A stretch of 62,969 bases of DNA, the filler included, from Octopus bimaculoides (Eukaryota): NCBI RefSeq assembly GCF_001194135.2. It is 5 parts of 4 records of this genome, joined end to end, with 100 filler letters (N's around TTAATTAATTAA, not from the genome) between each part and the next. Parts side by side here need not be neighbours in the genome. Positions count along the whole stretch, not along the records: positions 1 to 27,034 come from NC_069008.1; 4 more parts are not named here. One strand, 5' to 3'. The position numbers and the translations under genes are program-made. The notes beneath the pieces are model-generated. The model had not been told where the DNA came from and searched no databases. It saw only the letters and a program-made list of their open reading frames with translations. Shown here in pieces: positions 1 through 12,720 of this stretch (position 1 is its first letter; every line of letters begins with the position of its first letter).

Positions 1-465
1 TGCTTAATACCACAGGTTTGCTTGTCAGTTGTTTGACCGTAACCAGTTGAGCATGTCCCTTGGTGGCTGACGATATGTGCATCTCTGATCATGAGCAGAA
101 GTAGTGGGAGAGCATCATAGCCATGTGTTGAGAGGAATTCTTTGGGGTTTGAATAATTCACCTTTGGAAACATGGGTGTTTTGCTCAACATCCTTAAACA
201 AACCTTATTCAGAGACCTTTTGAGGAGGATGGGCTACTCGACCTGAAGAAAATTCTAACTGGGCCCCACCTCCAAGGTCATAGGCTGTTTATCTTGATAT
301 GAAATCGCCATGCTGCGCACATGTGGTGGTGATGCATGTGCCTGGTTTACCCTTATCAGACGGGTAGTCATGATGGGTATAATGGGCTTCGTATATTTTA
401 CCCCAGTGTCACTTTGATGGCATGCACTGCTCTCTCACTCAATAATAATAATAATAATAATAATA
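1..465 (+). mobile_element. 3' end of an unclassified retroposon with (TAA)n tail
   Basis: Complex sequence ending abruptly in a (AAT)n tail. Family not identified. Confidence 0.35.
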
Positions 466-675
466 ATCATGTCTACTATAAGCACAAGGCCTGAAATTTG
501 GGGGGAGGGGCTAGTCACTTACATCAAACCAGTGTTTCACTGGTACTTAATTTATTGAGTCTGAAACATGGAAAGGCAAAGTTGACCTCAGTGGAATTTG
601 AACTCAGAACATAAAGACATGAAATACTGCTAAGCATTTTGTCCAGCATGCTAACGATTCTGCCAGCTAGTCGCC
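466..675 (-). mobile_element. tRNA-derived SINE family A (octopus-type), CpG-decayed copy
   Basis: The reverse complement has a ggcgactagctggcagaatcgttagca head, a B-box-like gagttcaaattcc, an aagtacca core and a ggccttgtgc tail. Many copies occur in the window. Confidence 0.85.
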
Positions 676-710
676 TTCATAATAATAACAACAACAACAA
701 CAACAACAAC

Positions 711-762
<52 letters not shown>

Positions 763-765
<3 letters not shown>

Positions 766-1086
766 GAGTCAAAATTAAAAGAAGAGTGCCATTTGTTATC
801 TAGTGAACGATATTTCGACATCTCGTGTGTCTTCAACTGGTTCAAAAAATAAATTTGTCAATCTACTTCATTTTGGTTAATATAGAAAGGATTGACTCTA
901 TATCTTCAGGAGGAGTTACCTCAATCCTTTCTATATTAACCAAAATGAAGTAGATTGACAAATTTATTTTTTGAACCAGTTGAAGACACACGAGATGTCG
1001 AAATATCGTTCACTAGATAACAAATGGCACTCTTCTTTTAATTTTGACTCTATATCTTCAGGAGGAGTTACCTCAATCCTTTCTAT

Positions 1087-1090
<4 letters not shown>
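763..1090. repeat. Perfect 133-bp inverted repeat plus ~45-bp direct repeat between (TAA)n tracts
   Basis: Arms at 763-895 and 921-1053 with a 25-bp spacer. Segment 894-938 is repeated at 1046-1090. ORFs 651..845(-) and 971..1198(+) share an identical N-terminus. Confidence 0.95.
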
Positions 1091-1162
<72 letters not shown>

Positions 1163-2044
1163 GTTGTTGTTGTTATTATAACAGCAACAACTATTTAATA
1201 CGGACATTTCAGATTATTATACAAGAGAGAAAAACAAATTCATGTCTTGAATAACATCTTAAATCAAGACATTTCAAAATATAAATAGTACAATAAAATT
1301 TACTCTTTATATAGTTTTGGCCAGGCTACATCAACAGAACCCATCTACAAGAAGATAAAAGGATGTAGTTTGCAGGCACAGAGTACTTATAGAGAACAAA
1401 AGGAAAGTGAGGGAGGGGGTAGGAGAGGGAGAAGATGTTTATGGATAAGAACAGGGAAGAGAAAAAGGCATAGCTTAGGGAGAGAGTAGAGAGAGGAAAG
1501 GCAGAACTAGACTGAAAAGAGAGAATGGATCAACTTAATAGATAAATAGATAAATGAAAACATGAATAAAGAAATTAATATGTAAATAGGTAAATGAATG
1601 AAGGAATGAACGATGAGAAAGAAGATGAAATACAAAGGGATAGTGGCAACATATAAATGATACAGTTGAAGGGAAGGATGTAAGCAGTGAAAAGGGATGA
1701 GAAAAAGGGAAGTTGAGAAAGAGGAGGGGTAGGTGGTGCCATAGGGACAGTAATATCAATTGGTATGTGTTTGATTGTAGATACAATGACTTGGTAGAAG
1801 GAATGGCCAAAACTGAAGTCCACATGGATGTAGGCCAATAGATGTGGATAGGAACAAACATCCACAAAAATAAACACATAGACAATCTGATATAATCTAT
1901 ACCTGTAGAAGCATGTGAAACGATATAGAGGTGAGACAATATTATGTAGATATGGATGTAAGAGGATGAGAAACTAAGAATGACATAAAAGTTAAAATTC
2001 AAAAGAAGGTTAAGTGATATTGGAAGGGATTATTGGGGGTTAAA

Positions 2045-2410
2045 GGGGACATGGTCCCACATTCAGTCTCCACTGCACGACACCTTGGGCAAGTGTCTTC
2101 TACTATAGCCTCAGGCCAGCCAAAGCCTTGTGAGTCGATTTGGTTGATGGAAACTGAAAGAAACTCTTTGAATGTATGTGTATATACATGTGTGTGTGTG
2201 TGTGTGTGTGTATCTTTGTTTGTTCCCCACCACTACTTGACTACCAATGCTGGTGTGTTTATATCCTCCATAACTTAGCAGTTCAGTGAAAGAGACTAAT
2301 AGGCTTTAAAAAAAATAAGTCCAGGGGTCAATTTGTTGAACTAAAAACCCTTCAAGGTAGCATCCCAGCATGACTGCAGTCAAATGACAAGTAAAAAATA
2401 AAAGATGGTA
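2045..2410 (+). mobile_element. SINE family B (CORE-like ccttgggcaagtgtctt, internal TG/TA microsatellite)
   Basis: Matches copies at 20690, 41452, 43945 and 48105. Confidence 0.85.
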
Positions 2411-2639
2411 AAAGGGTAAAGGGAAGAATAAGGGGGAAAAAAGAAAGGGTTAAAAAGTTTTAAAAGTTTGTGAGTAAAGTTAAAAATATGACAAAATTAA
2501 AGTAATAATAATAAGGATCATAATAACTATGAAAATAAAAAATACAAATAAAGACAATACTAAAAAGGAAAGGAACAAAATATCTAAAAAAACAAAAAAA
2601 AACAATAAAGATAAACAGAAATAGAAGGTAACGTAAAAA

Positions 2640-4060
2640 GTAATGATAAGGCTAACATAAAATGAATCCAGTAAGGTTATCTGTTCTCTCTCAGAAAGTT
2701 CTTGAAGGTAAATCTCAAATTTATGTTTACAGTTTACTATTTGTTTGTTGCACTTATTAAGGATCTGTTCCCTATCAGTGGAAAGAATTTCTAAACCTTT
2801 GCAGAGTCTTTAGAAATTCTTACTACTGATAGGGAGCTTGCTGTCACTTCTGTAGGTTTGGGTTGAGACCAGACTGTACCATTTAATTCCAAAGGTAATA
2901 TTTTAGGGATTCAATGTGTGAATGTGCTTGGCTAAGGAAACAAAAGATTTTAGTTTAACAATATGTAAAATAGGCCTAGAGATTCTGAGTTTCACTGGAT
3001 TAGTTGTAGATTCAACATTGTAGAATAGAAAGTAACCATGCACTCATACACCACATCAGCATGAGTGCAATCCCCATCCAAGGGACACATTTTCCAAGGC
3101 CTACAGTTACAACTGTGTTCTGGTGCTCTGGGTACTAATGGTATTACAGGAGTTCCATTATCCATAGTATGTGGTTGAGGTGTGGTGAGAGTTTTTGTGC
3201 TTATATCTGGCTCATTTGTAGGGGCTGAGATTAGATCTGATTCAGTGCCAGCCAGAACTACTCTAGACTGCTCAGAAGAGGGTTCAGTGTTAGCTGCTAA
3301 TTCCACACAACCTGTAACTCTATACAATGCTATACCTAGAAAGTTGAAGGGTAATATTCATCCTTTGGCTAAGGGAAGGGGAGTCAGGGTTATAGTTTCT
3401 AGATTTGTATCTACTAAAGGCAGTTATGATAGCTTCCAAGTTTGGAGTTGCACAATATCATAACTTAATTGTTTTCCTACTAAAAATTTTATGGTACCAG
3501 TGCTAAGGAGAAAGTTTCTAACAGTTATAGAAGGTCCTTGCAATTGAGGTTTTTGGTGTTATTTTACCAACATATATGGGGCTTCTTTATAACATTCAGT
3601 ATTATTTCTGAATATCGTATGATTGGCAAAAAGATTAGAAAATTCTAACAGAAATGTTCTTAACTAATGGAGATGTTCTTGACAGAGAATGGGTGATTAA
3701 ATGATCTATAGCCATACACTAAGTTCTTGTTTAGCTTATGGTAGGGGTAGTAAGTTTGTGAGTTGCATTCTAAGGTTAAGTCCAGGAAGTTAACAGATAT
3801 AATTCTCTTTCAAACAAGATTGCTAGAATAAAGTTTTTGAAAAACTTATATGATTTTTTCCTTAAGCTATCAAGGGACAAAGAGTGGTTAAAAAAGCAAG
3901 TAGAGTGTTGTCACAGTACAAACCTCCACCAACATAGGAAAAAACTTTGAGAGGTCATCTAAAAGATACAGACCAACGAGGTTGGTAACCTGTACAGAGT
4001 CAGATGAGCCCATAGTTACACTGAACCTGTTATCTCAAGCTGTATGAGATGATCCCTTTG
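2640..4060 (-). mobile_element. Decayed Penelope-like retroelement (RT C-terminus + GIY-YIG region)
   Basis: Minus-strand motifs: GLYCD (for GLYRDD), VNFLDLTL...YYPYHK...FNHP, CNCRPWKMCPLDGDC...VVYEC, and ILNK..CKHK at the end. Confidence 0.8.
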
Positions 4061-4406
4061 TATTTCTCTGACTTTTTACTTGTATTTTATCTTCTTTTTC
4101 CCCACCCACACCACTCCAAGATTTTGCTTGTTCCCTCATCCATCTACCTATTTATATATTTTTTATTCATGTTTTCATTTATCTATTTATTCATTTAGTC
4201 GATCCATTCTTTCTTTTTCTGTCAATCTAGTTCAGCCTTTCCTCTCTCCAATCTATTCCTTTCTCTTCCCTGTTCCCTCAAAGCTTCACTAAATCTTTCA
4301 CCATGCATCTCTGTACTGGGATTAAACAACAACTACTGCTACTGCAATCAATGGTGACAATGACTACAACTACCACATGGTCAACGTATGAGTGCTCAAT
4401 ACTTAC

Positions 4407-4472
4407 TTGCTCTTGTTGAAAGAACTGATGACAGGTCACTGCTTATGGACTCACTGCTTCTTGGAAGACAAT
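4407..4472 (-). CDS. Probable downstream exon of the TIR gene (CLPRSSESISSDLSSVLSTRA)
   Basis: Acceptor ...aatctatttag|ATTGT and donor ...AGAGCAA|gtaagt. The exon is 66 nt, phase 1-1, open, and in frame with the TIR exon if spliced directly. It is unique sequence among repeats. Confidence 0.55.
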
Positions 4473-4514
4473 CTAAATAGATTAAAAATATCATAAAATA
4501 TAGTATAATATCAT

Positions 4515-4830
4515 CATCATCATCATCACTTAATGTCTGCTTTCCATACTGGCATGGGTTGGACGGTTTGACTGGAACCAGTTGGTAAGCTGGAGAGCTA
4601 CATCAGGTTCCAGTCTCATTTGGCATGGTTTCTACAGCTGGATGCCCTTCATAATGCCAACCACGACTTCAATTCACAGGTGCATTTTACATGACACTGT
4701 TAATGGCCACGACAATTTCACAGATGCCATTCACATGACACTGGCATCAGCCACGACTATGATTTCACTTGGCTTGACGAGTCTTCTCAAGCACAGCATA
4801 TTGCCAAAGGTCTCAGTCACTGGTCATCGC
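4515..4830 (-). mobile_element. SINE/LINE-tail family C (ends ccatgc(t/c)agcatggaaagc.gac.ttaa + (GAT)n)
   Basis: Shares its 3' sequence with the RTE-type LINE tail at 13820-14090. Multiple copies in the window. Confidence 0.8.
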
Positions 4831-5249
4831 AATACATACATGCATACATACATTCAAGCACAAATACATAAATATACTTTAATATGTATGTGCATGTGTA
4901 TGTGTATATATACATACATAAACATATGTTTGTATGTACAGATATCTTTATGTGTGTGTATATGTATATATATATATATATATNNNNNNNNNNNNNNNNN
5001 NNNNNNNNNNNNNNNNNNNNNNNNNNNNNNNNNNNNNNNNNNNNNNNNNNNNNNNNNATAATTATAACCAAGGAGTATGGAGTGAACGAGTCCTTTTATT
5101 ACATTAATTTACAATTGTTTCATTGGAAACTGGTCTCATGAATATTGTTACATTCTGCAATAATATATGCAGCTACTGATTCATGAAGTGCCATTGATAA
5201 AAATTGAAATTCAATTCTTCAGAATTGTGCATAGAAGTTATTTGCTGTA

Positions 5250-6545
5250 GATACTTGAATTACTGATAATTTATACTGATAATGAGTTGGGCATGCTTAT
5301 ATGATTACAGTTACAAGCCTGCCAAAACAAAACAAACTGTGATTTGAATTGATGTTTTTTGAGGGATTTTGATTGTCTTTTGCTTTTGATTATTTTGTAT
5401 GGTTGTTGTTCCATTCTTTGGACTTGTCTCAGTAGTGGAAGGATCTGGTGGGTAATGTTGTAAACCTCTGTGTTTTGTGTTGTAATCAAGTGTAGAGTAT
5501 TGGGTGTATCTGAAGTATTTTTTGTCTTCCAAGTAGTATTTGTTTTAATTCCTGAAATACAGGATATTTTTCAGTTTTGGTGAAAATTGCATCTAACAGA
5601 GGAATTATTTGATAAGGAAAACAGGAACAAATTGAACAAAAAGCCTAAAAAATGTAGGAATAAAACATTAGATAAATTTTACGATTTCATATCTTCCTTC
5701 CCACACAAAGAACTACCACACTGTAAACTCAAACCCAATACCAGTCAAAAACAACAGGTAATCATGCATGAACTCAAAAACAATAACATTATAATTAAGG
5801 AAGCAGATAAGAAAGTGCAGTAATTATTATGGATGTTGAGCACTACAAAAGTACTATATTATCTCTACTAGAAGTCATGACCTATCATGACAAGGTCAAG
5901 ATTGTTGACAGAAAAATATCTATTTTTATTGTAAACAAAAAAAAAAATGTTACCATTACCATGAACAACAAGCACTGAGATAGTTTGAAGCTAATTGTTC
6001 TTGGGCTAGGTATGATAATAGTCACTGTATTAGGTTCCTTGATGTTAGGTGATCCTTGTGTGTTGTTGTCGCCATCCATCCATTGGTTTTTGTGTTGTTA
6101 CAGTGCTCTGGCTAGCTGCTGGTTCTACTTCTGTCTGCTGACTTCCTTCTTATGCATCCGGTTTGCTGTTTATTATCTGTCATCTGTTCATAGTGGTTAA
6201 AATACACTGAATATATAGTGGTGGATATGTTCAGAAAGAGTGCACAGAAGATGAAATTGTTGTTAGATCCGGTTCCACATGAAGTCTTGAAAGGCCAGAT
6301 TTGAATCATGATTGTGTTCTTGAGTTATTATTATTATTTTTTTTTTTTTTTGTCTTTTTACATTGAATATAGTGATCTGGGTTTGATTGCTAAATATTCC
6401 TGCTACAAGATAAACAATTACCAACAATCACAGACAATAACAAAAAAAGGTTTAACAAACAAACAATGTGACAACCTAATTAATTTTGAATGCAAAACTA
6501 GCTACTTCTACAACCTCCCCAAAATTCACAAACCCACATTTGTAC
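5250..6545. mobile_element. Scrambled Penelope-like RT fragments
   Basis: Plus-strand LKNNNIIIKEADK and YFYNLPKIHKP, which are PLE RT motifs. Some pieces appear inverted. Confidence 0.7.
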
Positions 6546-7051
6546 ATTGGGATAACATTCAGAATTGAGAAATGTGTTATGATGGAGATGAAGCACAGAA
6601 AAGTCATAAAACAGGCTGATTCATTAGTGCCATTGGACAAAATGCTTAGTAGCATGTCTTCTGGCTCATTACATTCTGGGTTTAAATGCTGCCAGGGTCA
6701 ACTTTGCCTTTCAACCATTTGTGCCTGAAATTAAATAGGATTTAACAGATTTACTTCATATGTATTTTATTGTTTCTATACCTCTTTGATACTATAAATA
6801 ACTAACATAGTATATAGCATTTACTCTTTACTTTTCATACTTTTACTCTAGGAGTGATCCTGATTTCTACTGTTCTCTCTTGATGCTATACAAGTTTCTC
6901 TAGGCCTATTTTAATCTATTTCATTATCAACTCTACATTCATTCAATATTAGCCTATTAACTAAATAATTTTATATCATACTTTCATTTCTTCCATAATT
7001 TTAGGTTTTTACTTTAATATCTTGAGCTGTCCCACCATTAAGTATTATATA

Positions 7052-7269
7052 TACAAGGGGATGCTGAAAACTTCCTGCTTTGGCTAAAAGAAAATACAGG
7101 AGGATCAGTTAATTATGATTTTATTCAACATATTCCCCTCTCAGATTCACACACTTATTGCAGTAATCCATCAGTTTTTCAAAGCCCTGTAAAAAATTTG
7201 GAAAGTTCAACCTTCAATGAGGCCTTTCACAATACCCTTCAAGCTAGGAACTTTTCAGCATCCCTTCGT
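7052..7269. mobile_element. Mariner-derived MITE
   Basis: Terminal inverted repeats tacaaggggatgctgaaaacttcctg and ctaggaacttttcagcatcccttcgt. Confidence 0.75.
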
Positions 7270-9214
7270 TTGTACAACATATCCAGACATGAGCACAAAT
7301 ACATCATATAAAAAGAAGTAGAGCCATCATTGAAGAGGTAGTGAATGGTGGGTGGGAGGAAAATGGGAGTAAAATGACAACTTACCTTATAGTCATCCTA
7401 ATAATACATGATTTGTAATCATTTGACACTAAATGACACTAGAATATTTAAATATTCATCAAGTAAAATGGTTACTGCCATAAAGCAGTAAAGAAAAAAA
7501 ACTATTTCATACCATATACAACAACTAAACAACACAAACTACTATCACCAGGTGAAAATACAATATGAAGAAAGATGGAGGCCTTTATATTCTCCAGTAT
7601 GCAAATTAGAACAATAGGGTAAATATAGGAGAATAGGGTAGAAGAAAAAGGTAAAGAGAGAAAGAGAGAGCATGAAAGAGGAGTGTGACGGTGTGGAGAA
7701 AAGCAAAGAACAAAGTAAGAGGGCCCTCTAGATTATGCCTCACACAAAGCAACAGAATGGGTGTGCATAGGTCAGCTAAAAATCCCTAGAAGGCTTAACA
7801 TAGGGCAGGGCAAGAGTGCATCACATCCTTTCTGTCAAGGATAATCACTCCTACTGAGGGACAAGACAGAGGTGCATTATTTGGTTTGGCCCACTCTTCT
7901 CTCATAATCTTAAAAACAATATCCCCAGGTTGTTTTCCCAAATACTAGATAGGGCTTTTTCTAGCCAGCATAGATACCATAGCATCTTCAAGCAGAATAC
8001 AATTATGTTATCCTTCTCCATTGCTGCATTACCATGATACCTAATAGGCACAAACTCAAATACTATGATGTGATTGCCACCAAGACTGGGGATGGAAATG
8101 CCATTGTTTACTCTGGAGCCCATACCACTCATAAGCTAGCATGCTGTGTAACCCATTCTAAGAGTACTCATGATGTAGATACTTCCACATAGTTTGGGGA
8201 TCTGCAGGATCATCTACCACTCTGGTTGAGATCAGAGTGGCTATTTAGGGTCATGTTAACCAAACAAATGTCCCACACTGTTCCACAATAGTTGGAAACC
8301 TCTGACCAGGGTTCTTCACCCACTAAATATAGGGTTCCTGACCAGCCACTGAATCCAGACTAATGTATGTATAAATGTAGGTTGTATAAATGTAGGTTCT
8401 ATAGCTACAGAGAGCCCAGGAAAGCATCACATTGCTGTGCACAAGCTAGAGTTAGGTTCTCCACTTCAATGGTTGAGTACACCAATACTATAGTACTAGG
8501 AAATGCTAATTATAGTCAGAGATGGTCAGTGTTGGGAAATATTTGGCCAAAGAAGGATTGGAAATTATCCTGGCCAGCAAAATCAATTTGCTTAATAATA
8601 GGTTTGTTTTGTGCTCACAGAAACTCACTTTCTGATTCTATCAAGTGGGCTTCAGCAACAATTATGATGGGATAAGCTAGTCTTTGACCCTTGCCCAGCA
8701 TGCTATGATGGGAATTTTCCCATTAGGCTGTTAAATTTCCTCATCTCATTTATCAAGCTACCCTTTGGTCTTTATCTGCCTCACAACTCCTGTCATCCTT
8801 TTCTACTGGTATGTATACGTTTGCTCTCCTTATCTCTAGTGTGTCTTTGGGGGATTTGATTCATCCAACCACTCTCTTCTTACCATTTTCACAGTCTTTG
8901 GGGTCTGGTGTATGCCGTTGTTGCTTTATCACATGTCTGAGTATTTATTTTCTTCTTTGTTGAACACTTCTTTTATGGTGATGTCATTGATAATTAGGTA
9001 GACCAATTCTTGTATAAAAGAGTCGATGGCATTGACTGCATGGTGGTAATGTTGATAAAGGACGAGGTTGATTTTGTTGAACCTTTCTCTTCTGTCATTT
9101 GATTTCTTCCTTTTCTCTTCTGGTGGCTTTGAAGTTTGTGGTTCCAATGGTGATGGAATACTGCCACTTGGTATGGTCTCAGGCTTGTGTTTCAAATGAT
9201 TTAGGTTCAATTCC

Positions 9215-9560
9215 AGTGGCTTTCAGTGTTGCTTTGAGTTGGTCCTTGTATTTTCAAGGAGGGAAAACCCATGGCCTTTTTCCTGAAGTGAACTCACTGA
9301 ATAAGACTTGATGAGGAACTTTGTCTCTTCCATTCTTCTTACATGTCCTGACAATTGAAGACAGTGTTTCATGATCATTAATTCAATACTTTGACTGTTG
9401 ACTCTTTCCAGGACTTTGTTATTGGTCACATAGTGTTCTCATTTGATGTTCAAGATTGAACGAAGGTTTTGCTGGTGAAAGTGTTCTAATTTTTAGATGT
9501 TGTGATGATATAGTGTCCAAGTTTTTCAGCCACATAGTAAGGTTGAAATGACCACAGCAT
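9215..9560 (-). mobile_element. RTE (BovB-like) LINE RT C-terminal fragment
   Basis: WTLYHHNI.KLEHFHQQNLRSILNIKWEHYVTNNKVLER...LQLSGHVRRMEE. Confidence 0.85.
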
Positions 9561-10323
9561 TATAAATCATAAATTTCTAATCCTGAATCTGCACATTGGT
9601 GTGAATGTGTGACAGTTGCCCTCCTAAGATCCAGTGACTACTTAGGAGTCTGGTCCTGCATGTGTGTTTGGACAAGCCTTTTAGGAGTACCGCTGCCCAC
9701 CTCAATCGAGGAAGGTCCTAGAAAAGGTGAACTAAACATTGAAAGTCATTACCACTGCTCGGCTGGGAAACCTCACCTGGCAGGCCACCCATCATGTGGT
9801 CAAAACAACAAGAAACTTAAGACAACCAATACCATCTTTGGAACATAGAATGTGAGAATTCTTGTTGACATTGACAGCACTGACAAACCAGAAAGATGCA
9901 CAGCTCTAATCTCAAAAGAACTGGTTGGTGTCAATGTGGACATCACAGCCCTGAGTGAAACACAGCTTTCAGGGGAAGGATAACTCAAAGCAACTGGTTC
10001 TGACTACACACTCTTTTGGAAAGGCAAGGATGAAGGAAAGAGAAGAATCCAAGGAGTCAGTTTTGCTATTAAAACCTGCATCATACAAGACCATCATTTG
10101 ACACCAATTGCCATCAATGAATGACTAATGACTCTTCCGTTACCACTTCCAAATTACATCACTCTCTTTTCTGCTTATGCTCCAACTCTTGATGCTAATG
10201 AAGAAGCAAAGAATCAATTTTACCAACAACTAAGTAACACCATTGTCAACATACCACCAAAGGACAAACTCTTGTTACTAGGAGATTTCAATGCAAGGGT
10301 AGGAAAGGATCATCGCCTATGGA

Positions 10324-11660
10324 ACTAGAAAAGCACTCCGAGAGCACAGACCTCCACCAAGCAGCTCATTTCCACCCATATACACGTATACTGAAAATTG
10401 CCCAATTTCTCAAACCAACGCCGGCAAAACATAACCTCCTCCCATACTTATCTCGACCATCATCATCATCAACATTGTCTCTGCTTTCACCACAATCACC
10501 GTCAAAACTACAATCACCACAATCAGTTTCTTTACACGGTTGAAAATCCATTATCCGATACTCATGGGACCGAGATGTTTGCAGATTTTTGATTTTTCTA
10601 ATTTCAGAATGCTTTATTAAAAAAAGAAATAAAATTGCATCTACAAAACGGAACAGTTTGAGGGTAGAAACCAGGTCTAAACACAATAGCTTATAGATAT
10701 ACTCTGAATGTAGTTCTATATAAATCTTTAATATTTTTTTTTTATACTAAACACCTTGAGAAATGTTAAGATATCAACCCCTACCCACGTTGTCATGCTT
10801 TGATTAAAAGGTTACAGCATAGATTAAGATTACTTAGATAAGTTTCGGCCGAAGTTGACTTAGGCCATGTCTAATTTAATAGCACCGCCTGGAAGAGATA
10901 CACAGTCAGCTCTGGGGAACCGTAGCCCATTCAAGCAGAAGGTTATTGTTTTCAGAGACATATCTGGGTGTGGGTGGTTTAGCTGGTATTTGTTGGGGGT
11001 AATCGTATAGGGATTGTTTGAATGCCGTGAAGTCACTTTCCTCCTTTATGTATGTCTGGCACGATGTTGAAGAGAGCAGGGCCAATTGAGGTGAAATAGT
11101 TTTGTCATAGTGTTGGCCCAGGGGCCAAGCCCCAGACGAATTTTAAAGATGGGCAATGTTGCTGAAATATTTTCCACATCATACAGATGATATAGAGCTC
11201 ACAGTGGTGGTGGAGGGAGCAAAGCTTGAGCTTTTTGAGTCGATCCCAATAGTCAAGGCTTGTCATGTCATCCTCCACAGACCTCCGTGAAGCAGCTCAT
11301 TTTAAGATAGATACGCGAGTATAATTACTAATAGAGAAATGAAAATAAACTTTGGAAACAGCAACGCCACCACAGGTTATGTGAAAACTATGAACATGTT
11401 TTCAAGGGAGATAATCAAAGAATGTAACATTGAAATACTTTATGTAAAGTAAATATAACAAATGAAAAACCCTTCAAGAATCCATAAAAATTCATGGATC
11501 ACTACCAAAATTTCATCATCTGTTCCTTGTGTCATTACCAACTTCTCCTGTAAATTTCATCAAATACTGTTCACAACATTTTGAGTTATTTTGCACACAG
11601 ACGGGCAGACGGACAAACCAACGCCAATGAAAACATAACCTCCTTCCTTGGTGAAGGTAA
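10324..11660. mobile_element. Composite insertion bounded by subterminal-IR element copies (Helentron/HINE-like, tentative)
   Basis: Starts actagaaaagcactccgagagcacagacctccaccaag and ends aaacataacctccttccttggtgaaggtaa. Subterminal IRs are at 10350-10361 and 11647-11658. There are two partial copies (10324-10440 and 11276-11660). Confidence 0.55.
10860..11270 (-). mobile_element. CR1-like LINE 3' fragment
   Basis: LKLCSLHHHCELYIICMMWKYF (CpG-decayed LKLYSLQRRRERY) and FTSIGPALFNIVP. Confidence 0.7.
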
Positions 11661-12029
11661 ATAATGTCATCAGTAAAGAAAGCATAAAGTATTGCAACTC
11701 CAATGGACATCTGCCATTAGATCTATGCATGGAACATAATCTATTCATCATGAATACTCAATTTCAACTTCCAAGTTGCTTCAAGACCACATGGATCCAA
11801 ATGCTGCCGTCATATGGCGACAAGACAAAAGAGACATCCTCATCACCAAAGTGAGCCTTAATGCCGATGACCAGTGGACACATCATTGCCTTGTCAATAT
11901 ACATATGAGAATCACCATTCATAAAAAAACAAGGATGCAACATCAACCACCATCTTGTAGAAAATATATCTCAAAACTCCAGACCCTGACACTGCAACCA
12001 CCCTTGAAGCCAAAATAATCAGGAAGATT

Positions 12030-12720
12030 AGTTCTAATCCAGTAAATGACAAGTCTGGTGGATGCATAATGTGAGGATCAAAAAAAAACAAAACGATTTT
12101 TCTCCCTTGTCTACCAGTACGTCAGGTTTCTGATGTTCAATACTATGATCATATTGAATTTTTTTTATCCACACAATATGTATACACCAAACCCCAAAGT
12201 AACTTTGCTTGGTCATTTTATATTACATCCTTTGCTTCAGGTTTATACTATTTTTTTTTTTTTGCTTCTCCAACCCAGACATTATTGTTATACTTTCTCT
12301 TGCATTCTCTCTGGGCCAGTCTATTGCATTCTCTTAAAATAAGCCACACTGTCTCTCCAGTTTCACCACATATTCTGCATTTGTCTTATTCAGCTGATTG
12401 GTCAATTCTGTGCTTGATGTAGTTTGGTCTCAATGCTTGTTCCTCAGCTGCACATATCAAGGCTTCTGTCTCAAGTTTTAGGTCCATTTTTTGTAACTAC
12501 AACCATCTTTTGTTTAGGTCTGTATCCCTTGGTACCTCTCTCAAGAACTGACAATGCATCTTTTTATCTTTCTAGTTATTTTGCCTCTTTGTTTCTATCT
12601 TTATTTTTGTAATTCATCTTGTCCTGACTGTTTTCCTTACAAGTACATGTAGTACTTCCTTTATATTCTTCTAGCCTCCCTTCTAGCTACCTGGTATAGT
12701 TTCCTGCTTCCACCACTCTT
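12030..12720 (-). mobile_element. R4/Dong-like (RLE) LINE 3' fragment
   Basis: IQYDHSIEHQKPDVLVDKGEK resembles the RLE motif IQ.D..IEHR.PDIV..DK. Confidence 0.6.

Larger units (their letters stand above)
9640..12010 (+). mobile_element. RTE LINE 5' part (APE endonuclease), interrupted at 10324-11660
   Basis: TALSETQLSGEG, FWKGK and SAYAPTL...LLLLGDFNARVGKDHRLW precede the insertion. The frame resumes after it as NNVISKE..CNSNGHL..LCMEHNLFIMNT. Confidence 0.9.

Noticed and set aside
1304-1344. Possible further minus-strand exon (MGSVDVAWPKLYK, or terminal NGFC* in phase 1)
   Set aside because: The splice signals are plausible, but it is too short and phase-ambiguous to support without transcripts.
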